Source: Vicinamibacteria bacterium
GTDB lineage: Bacteria; Acidobacteriota; Vicinamibacteria; Marinacidobacterales; Marinacidobacteraceae
Length of the DNA: 64,000 nucleotides
Direction: 5' to 3'
NCBI GenBank assembly: GCA_963668695.2
Contig: CAXXLQ010000004.1
Coordinates: 192,001-256,000 of the forward strand
The translations under genes were made by a program, and so were the position numbers. Shown piece by piece: positions 58,156 to 64,000 of the stretch; position 1 is the first letter of the stretch, and the number at the start of each line of letters is the position of its first letter. The notes under the pieces were generated by a model. It ran no database searches. It was given only the letters and a program-made list of their open reading frames with translations, and was not told the DNA's origin.

Positions 58156-59084
58156 GGCATCTCCTCGGAATCCGCGGACTCACCCCCGAAGAGGCGCTGG
58201 GCATTCTCGACGAGGCGCCTCGTTACCAGGACGTGGCCAACCAGCCGGTACCGCGCGTCCCGATCCTCATGGGCCGCACCGTCACGCACCTCTTCATGGA
58301 GCCTTCGACGCGCACCCAGGCGTCATTCCAGCTCGCCGCCAAACGGCTCTCGGCGGAACCCCTCGCTTTCGTCCCCAAGTCCTCCTCGTTGTCGAAGGGA
58401 GAAACCTTCCTCGACACCGCCCGAACTCTTGCCTCGATGGCGCCCGACATCATCGTGGTCCGGAGCCGGGAATCGGGAGCCCCTCACGTGCTGGCGCGCG
58501 AGATTCCAGCGGCGCAGATCGTCAACGCGGGGGACGGGATCAGCGAGCATCCCACGCAGGCCCTGCTGGACGCGTTCACCATTCGCGAACGCCTCGGACG
58601 AATCGCCGGCGTCCGGGTAACAATCATCGGCGACCTGCTGCACAGCCGGGTATTCCGATCGAACGCCCGCCTGCTGACGATGTTGGGGGCCGAGGTGCGG
58701 TGCTGCGGTCCGCCGACGCTCGTCCCTCCCGGCCTCGACCGGCTCGGGGTCCGGTCGCTGCTTCACATCGCGGAGGCCCTCGAAGGCGCCGAGGCGGTCA
58801 TGGTGCTCCGCATCCAGCACGAGCGAATGCACGCTTCCTACATCCCGACGGAACGCGAGTACTACCGGGAGTTCGGCCTCACCAGCGAACGACTCGCCCT
58901 GACCGATCGCGCCATCGTGCTGCACCCGGGGCCGCTTAACCGGGGCGTCGAAATCTCCTCCGAGGTCGCGGACGGCCCGCAATCGGTGATCTTGGACCAG
59001 GTGCGCAACGGGGTGGCGGTCCGGATGGCGGTGCTCGCGGAAATCGCCCGCAGCAGTCCCAGGAGCCAGAAGACCGATGGCTGA
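58152..59084 (+). CDS. pyrB: Aspartate carbamoyltransferase catalytic subunit
   Basis: EPSTRT, NAGDG..EHPTQALLD, LRIQHER, HPGPLNRG. Confidence 0.96.
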   Translation: MRHLLGIRGLTPEEALGILDEAPRYQDVANQPVPRVPILMGRTVTHLFMEPSTRTQASFQLAAKRLSAEPLAFVPKSSSLSKGETFLDTARTLASMAPDIIVVRSRESGAPHVLAREIPAAQIVNAGDGISEHPTQALLDAFTIRERLGRIAGVRVTIIGDLLHSRVFRSNARLLTMLGAEVRCCGPPTLVPPGLDRLGVRSLLHIAEALEGAEAVMVLRIQHERMHASYIPTEREYYREFGLTSERLALTDRAIVLHPGPLNRGVEISSEVADGPQSVILDQVRNGVAVRMAVLAEIARSSPRSQKTDG

Positions 59085-60372
59085 GCGTCCGGTGATCCTG
59101 CGAGGCGCCCGGGTTGTCGATCCGGTAGCCGGGCTTGACGCGGTCAGGGACCTGCGGCTTGTCGAGGGACGAATCGCCGCCGTCGGTGAGGGGATCCGCG
59201 AACCGGGGGACCGCGTCGTGGACGTGGCAGGACTGGTGGCAGCGCCCGGGTTTTGCGACATGCACGTCCACTTCCGGGAGCCGGGACTCGAATACAAGGA
59301 GACGGTAGCGAGCGGAGCGGCAGCCGCGGTCGCCGGTGGTTTCACGGCGGTGGCATGCATGGCGAACACCGACCCGGTGAACGACAGCCCTTCCGTTACC
59401 GCGCACATTCGCCAGCTCGCGAAACAGGCTGGCCTGGCCCGGGTCCATCCGATCGCCGCCACCACCCAGGGAATGAAGGGGGAACGGATTTCCGAGTTCG
59501 GCGCCCTCAAGGAGGCCGGCGCGGTGGCGGTCTCCGATGACGGCCTCCCGGTGGGCGATCCGGCGGTGATGCGGCGGGCCCTCGAGTACTCGAGGCTGCA
59601 CGACCTGCCGGTGATCGAACACTGCGAGACGCTGGAACTGACCGGTGAGGGCGCCATGCGCGAAGGCGCCTACGCCGCCCAGATCGGCCTTCCCGGGATC
59701 CCGGCGGCGTCGGAGTTCATCGCCGTCGAGCGGAACATCGCACTCGCGGAGATCACCGGCGCCCGTCTCCACATCGCTCACCTCTCGACCGCCCGCTCGG
59801 CCGCCGCGGTGCGCCGGGCCAAAGCCGCCGGAATCCGGGTCACCGCCGAGGTGACGCCGCACCACCTGATCCTGACGGACGAGGCGGTGGGCGACTACGA
59901 CACCGCGGCCAAGATGAAACCGCCGCTCGCCGCGGAGGCGGACCGCGAAGCGCTCCTGACCGCCGTCGCCGACGGCACGGCGGACGCCATCGCCACGGAC
60001 CACGCACCCCACCACGAGGACGAGAAGAAACTCTGTTTCCAGAGCGCCCCCTTCGGGATCGTCGGACTCGAGACGGCGGTGCCGCTGGTTCTCGAGCGCC
60101 TCGTGGCGTCGGGCGTCATTCCCCTCGCCCAGGCAATTCGACTCCTTTCGACCGGCCCGCGCCGGATTCTCGGTCTGCCCGGCGGCGATCTCCGACCCGG
60201 AAGCCCGGCAGACATCACGCTCCTCGATCTCGAGGCCACCAGCACCATTAGCCCGGCCTCTTTCCGGAGCCGCGGCAGAAGCACTCCGTTCGCGGGACTC
60301 TCCCTCCGGGGGCAGGTCGTTGCGACCTGGGTCGGCGGCCGGGAGGTTTATTCGCAAAGCGCCAACCGCTGA
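59077..60372 (+). CDS. pyrC: Dihydroorotase
   Basis: DMHVHFREPG, SDDG, EVTPHHL, KMKPPL, IATDHAPH. Confidence 0.96.
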   Translation: MAERPVILRGARVVDPVAGLDAVRDLRLVEGRIAAVGEGIREPGDRVVDVAGLVAAPGFCDMHVHFREPGLEYKETVASGAAAAVAGGFTAVACMANTDPVNDSPSVTAHIRQLAKQAGLARVHPIAATTQGMKGERISEFGALKEAGAVAVSDDGLPVGDPAVMRRALEYSRLHDLPVIEHCETLELTGEGAMREGAYAAQIGLPGIPAASEFIAVERNIALAEITGARLHIAHLSTARSAAAVRRAKAAGIRVTAEVTPHHLILTDEAVGDYDTAAKMKPPLAAEADREALLTAVADGTADAIATDHAPHHEDEKKLCFQSAPFGIVGLETAVPLVLERLVASGVIPLAQAIRLLSTGPRRILGLPGGDLRPGSPADITLLDLEATSTISPASFRSRGRSTPFAGLSLRGQVVATWVGGREVYSQSANR

Positions 60373-60593
60373 TCGGCCGTGGCGAAACTCTGCTGGCGCC
60401 AGCCCGTGGCGCGGAGCGCCGCGTGGGAGGGGCGTGGGGAGGGGTCTCCCCTCCCCACGAAAAACGATGGTGCGGATCGCGGAGCGATTCGCGACATCAC
60501 CCGGTGGGCAAAGCGCCCCGCCTGGATAGAACCCGCCGGACGCAGCGCGCGGATCCCCTCGGGAACGGTGCGGGGCGCTTTTCCCGCAGGCTG
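60373..60593. mobile_element. MITE-like repeat family B, inverted relative to 16866 and 18108
   Basis: CTGA|TCGGCCGTGGCGAAA...TTTTCCCGCAGGCTG|CTAA; hairpin CGTGGGGAGGGGTCTCCCCTCCCCACG. Confidence 0.8.
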
Positions 60594-60596
60594 CTA

Positions 60597-61493
60597 ATGC
60601 CGCCGCGCGGCTGGGAGGATGCCGTAGAGAGCGTCTTCTCGAGGCACGGCGCCGGCAGCCTCAGCTCCGATCCGCTCCAGTTTCCCCGCCGCTTCCAGCG
60701 GCGCGACGACCAGGAAATCGCGGCGCTGATCGCTGCTTCGCTGTCGTACGGAAATGCTCGGGCCGTGTGCTCTTCGCTGGAGCGCGTCTTCGCCTGGACC
60801 GGCCCGCATCCCGCCCGCTTCGTGCGTGAATTCGACGCGGGCCGCCGCGCCCCCGGCCTCGCCGGATTTAGGCACCGCTGGACGAGCGCAGGGGATCTCG
60901 TCCGCCTCGCGATCATGCTGCGGCGCATCCTCGAAGAGCACGGGAGCGTGGAGGCACTCTTCCGGAAGGGCGTCGTGCTCGAGGCCCGCGGACGGGTGGA
61001 CCTCGGCGTCAGCATCGGGAGGTTTCGGGAGGCCGCACTCATCTACGACGAGGTCCCCTCGGAGTTTCCTGAAAGTCGCACCCGGCCCGGCCCCCGATAC
61101 TTCTTCCCGGATCCGCGTACCTCTGCCGCCAAGCGGACGGCGATGTTCCTGCGGTGGGTGGTCCGTCCGGAGGACGGCCTCGACCTGGGGCTCTGGGACT
61201 GCCTCCAGCCACGGGATCTGGTGGCGCCGCTCGACACCCACATGTTCCTGATCGCCCACCGGCTTCGGCTGACACAAAGAAAAACCCCGGGCTGGCGGGC
61301 GGCGCTGGATCTGACCAGGGGTCTTCGCCGGTTGGACCCGGAGGATCCGGTGAAGTACGACTTCGCCCTCAGCCGGCTGGGAATCGTGGAGGGCTGCCCG
61401 CGGCACCGTCGCAGCGATCCGTGCGAGTTGTGCGCGCTACTGGCGCGCCGGCCGGCGAGAAAGCGATCTCGCGCCGGCGCCGCCAACCAATAG
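60597..61493 (+). CDS. TIGR02757/DUF2400 family protein
   Basis: DPLQFPRRF..DQEIAALIAASLSYGN, KR..MFLRWVVR, DLGLW, PLDTH, DPEDPVKYDFAL. Confidence 0.9.
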   Translation: MPPRGWEDAVESVFSRHGAGSLSSDPLQFPRRFQRRDDQEIAALIAASLSYGNARAVCSSLERVFAWTGPHPARFVREFDAGRRAPGLAGFRHRWTSAGDLVRLAIMLRRILEEHGSVEALFRKGVVLEARGRVDLGVSIGRFREAALIYDEVPSEFPESRTRPGPRYFFPDPRTSAAKRTAMFLRWVVRPEDGLDLGLWDCLQPRDLVAPLDTHMFLIAHRLRLTQRKTPGWRAALDLTRGLRRLDPEDPVKYDFALSRLGIVEGCPRHRRSDPCELCALLARRPARKRSRAGAANQ

Positions 61494-61566
61494 CCGCGCG
61501 CGTTTCGCCCCCCTTTCGGGGGCGATGCCGGTCCCCTCGGGATGGGCGGACCGGATCTCCCTGCCC

Positions 61567-63123
61567 CTACCGCACCGTCACCCGGGAGCGCTCGGCCAAA
61601 GTCCCCTGCGCGCGCTCTACCGCCACGATGGCCTTGTTGTAGTCGATGATCGCCTGCAGCTCGTTCGCCCGGGCCTGAGCGAGGTCGCGCTGGGCCTGAA
61701 CGATGAAATAGCTGGTGGTCATCCCCACCTCGAACTTCTTCTGCTCCGCATCGAGGCGCTGTTCCTCCAGCCCGCGGGCGACCCGGCTGGCATCGATCCG
61801 TCTCCGGTTGGTCTGCACTTGCCGCACCGCCGTGCGGACTTCCTGGGCGATCTGGATTTCCTGCTGCCGGATCGTTTCGCGCTGCCGGGTGACATCGGTC
61901 TGCGCCTGGGCCTGGTTCGCGTGGGCCTGATTGGGCCCGATGGGATAGGAGAAGGAGAGACCCAGTCGCCAGTCGCGGAAGTCAAACCCGCCCATCTGGG
62001 AGAGCGCATCCGCGTACCCCCCGGGAATCGTCGCGGTCGCGGGCCCGAAGAACCCGTCGCGGATCAGTTCGGTCCCGCCGACTCCGGTGAGCTGGACGAG
62101 GCCCACCAGATCCACCTGGGGGAGGGTCTGGTTGCGGAAGAACCGGACGTCGTATTCATTGCTGTCGAGCTGGACGCGCTGGGAGCGCACCTCGGGACGG
62201 CGCTGCAGCGCCACCCGGATTGCGTCATCGAAGTTCACCTCGTAATCCTCGACGGAGGGCGCGTCCAGCGGCCGGATTTCGTCATCCCAGAATCCGGGGC
62301 CGTCCGGGTCGCGGATCAGCACCTTCAGAGCGTCTTCGGTCTGGCGGATCTGCTCTTCGGCAATGATGAGCGCCTCCTCGCGGGCCGCCACCTCGGCCTC
62401 CGCCTGCAGCACGTCGATGGGCGCCATCGTCCCCACTTCCACCTGCACCTGGTTGTTCCGTAGCAGATCGCGCGCCAGGTCGAGCGACTGCACCTCCACC
62501 TCGTAGATCCGGATCGCGAAGACGAGATCCCAGTAGGCGTTCTGAACGTCCCGCAGTACATCGAGCACACTCCGTTCAAAGTCGTGCCCGGCCTGACGCT
62601 CCCCGTTTTGGGAAACCGTGATCTGCCGCCGCTGCGGGTCGGCGCGGAAGTTCTGGAGCAGCGGCTGGGTGACCTGGGCGTTCAACGTGCTCCGGTAGCG
62701 CGGGTTGAAGGTGGAGAAGGCGCTGTTCGTGGCGAAGCGGTTGTTGTTGAACTGGACCGAATAGTTGGCCCCGAAGGGAAGCAGCTGCTGGAACTGCAGG
62801 TTGTAGTTCATCGTGTCGCGCTCGTTCTGGTCCGCGCCGTCCAACTGGGTTTCCGAGGGCGACAGGCTCTGCTGGAGGTTCGTGTCCAGCACCAGACTCG
62901 GGGTGTACACCCGCCGGGCCGCCGAGAGCGCGAAGCCGGAAGACTGCCGGGCCAACCGCGAAATTTGAATGCTCAGGTTGTTCTCGAGCGCCTGCTGGAC
63001 GGCGTCGTCGAGGCTCAGCTCGAGTGGCGCCTGCTGGCCGCTGCCGTCCTCCTCGGGAGGACCGGCGAAGGCCATGCCGGCGAGGCCCAGCGAAAGGACA
63101 AGAATCGCGGTGGTGGTGCGCAT
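61567..63123 (-). CDS. TolC family outer membrane protein
   Basis: Start MRTTTAILV with GGAG RBS; LSLDDAVQQALENN, VQNAYWDL, ALQRRPE, AEQKKFEVG. Confidence 0.9.
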   Translation of the reverse strand: MRTTTAILVLSLGLAGMAFAGPPEEDGSGQQAPLELSLDDAVQQALENNLSIQISRLARQSSGFALSAARRVYTPSLVLDTNLQQSLSPSETQLDGADQNERDTMNYNLQFQQLLPFGANYSVQFNNNRFATNSAFSTFNPRYRSTLNAQVTQPLLQNFRADPQRRQITVSQNGERQAGHDFERSVLDVLRDVQNAYWDLVFAIRIYEVEVQSLDLARDLLRNNQVQVEVGTMAPIDVLQAEAEVAAREEALIIAEEQIRQTEDALKVLIRDPDGPGFWDDEIRPLDAPSVEDYEVNFDDAIRVALQRRPEVRSQRVQLDSNEYDVRFFRNQTLPQVDLVGLVQLTGVGGTELIRDGFFGPATATIPGGYADALSQMGGFDFRDWRLGLSFSYPIGPNQAHANQAQAQTDVTRQRETIRQQEIQIAQEVRTAVRQVQTNRRRIDASRVARGLEEQRLDAEQKKFEVGMTTSYFIVQAQRDLAQARANELQAIIDYNKAIVAVERAQGTLAERSRVTVR

Positions 63124-63266
63124 GGGGTGTCTCCTGCGGAAAGAACGGGGGAGCGGCCCGGCGAGGATCTCATCTACAAGACGCGCCCAGCCCGAATTTT
63201 CTACGGTCGTTCCATGAATACGAACCTGCCCCTCGTGGGGTTTCCCCACTGAGGCCGGAACGCGCG

Positions 63267-64000
63267 ATGGGGACACCGGTTCGCGTCCGATTGGATCTCG
63301 CGTACGACGGGACGGACTTCGCCGGCTGGCAGCACCAACCGGACCGGGACACCATACAACGCCGGATCGAGGCAGCGGCACGCCGACTCTACCGGCTGGC
63401 TCCGGACGAAAGGACACCCGTGGTCGGTGCGGGGAGGACTGACGCGGGAGTCCATGCCGAGCGACAGGTAGCCCACTTCGACGCCCCTTTGGTGATTCCG
63501 CCGGCCGGGATTCGGGCGGGTTTGAATGGCCTGCTCCCGGACTCGATTCGAGTCCTCGCCGCCGCCGAGACGGCACCGGACTTCCACGCCCGGTTCGATG
63601 CAACGGGCAAGACCTATCGATATCACCTGCTCACCGAACCGGTGGTCACTCCGCTTCAGACCCGGTACGCCTGGCCCGTGGGTGACAGGCTCTCCCGGGA
63701 GGCCATGGAAGAGGCCGCCGCCGCCTTGGTGGGCCGCCACGACTTCCGGGCGTTTTTCACCGCTCCACCCGGGGAAGAGCCACGGACTCCAGTTCGGAAC
63801 ATCTTCACGGCGCGCTTTGACCAAAGAGAGAACATGCTGGTCTTCGAGGTCGCAGCGGACGGATTCCTGCGCTACATGGTTCGCCGGATGGTCGGAACCC
63901 TGGTGGCGGTCGGGCGGGGGCAGCTTCCTCCGGATCGGGTGGGTGCGTTACTCCGCGACCCGGAGCTGCCGGGCCCCCGGTTCCGGGCGCCCGCCGCCGG
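63267..64000 (+). CDS. truA: tRNA pseudouridine(38-40) synthase TruA (3' end beyond window)
   Basis: Manual translation: LDLAYDGTDFAGWQ, GAGRTDAGVHA..Q, FHARFDA, GRHDFRAF, GFLRYMVRRMVG. Confidence 0.93.
   Translation, partial: MGTPVRVRLDLAYDGTDFAGWQHQPDRDTIQRRIEAAARRLYRLAPDERTPVVGAGRTDAGVHAERQVAHFDAPLVIPPAGIRAGLNGLLPDSIRVLAAAETAPDFHARFDATGKTYRYHLLTEPVVTPLQTRYAWPVGDRLSREAMEEAAAALVGRHDFRAFFTAPPGEEPRTPVRNIFTARFDQRENMLVFEVAADGFLRYMVRRMVGTLVAVGRGQLPPDRVGALLRDPELPGPRFRAPAA

Overview
High-GC bacterial chromosome segment, probably from an Acidobacteriota (inference from the ADOP permease, the DUF1592/DUF1552 cluster and the gene neighbourhoods). It is mostly housekeeping genes: polyprenyl synthase, tatD, larC, fur, radC, selB, apaH, ppx, pheA, phoB/phoR, rnr, two tRNA-Leu, tig-clpP, clpX-engB-rho, rpmE-prfA-prmC, lspA-lgt-rluD-pyrR-pyrB-pyrC, a TolC-family gene and truA. 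No transposase, integrase, prophage or CRISPR array was seen. The most striking signal is a dense population of modular, palindromic, non-autonomous repeats (MITE/RPE-like) with CAGCC(T/G/C)GTGG-type terminal inverted repeats and 4-bp YTAR-like flanks. They sit on stop codons and -10-like boxes, and in at least two genes they are inserted in frame at the N-terminus. One of these is a 201-bp insertion whose removal restores a clean signal peptide. The repeats themselves carry a ~20-bp sub-module that comes and goes. Also notable: a second structured repeat with compensatory changes, arrayed behind tRNA-Leu(CAG) and behind an ABC permease; an uncharacterised DUF1592-DUF1552-ankyrin cassette that splits clpP from clpX; and a partly decayed phosphate-starvation locus with 11-bp-periodic PHO-box-like arrays. 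All coordinates and counts were read by eye and no database search was run.
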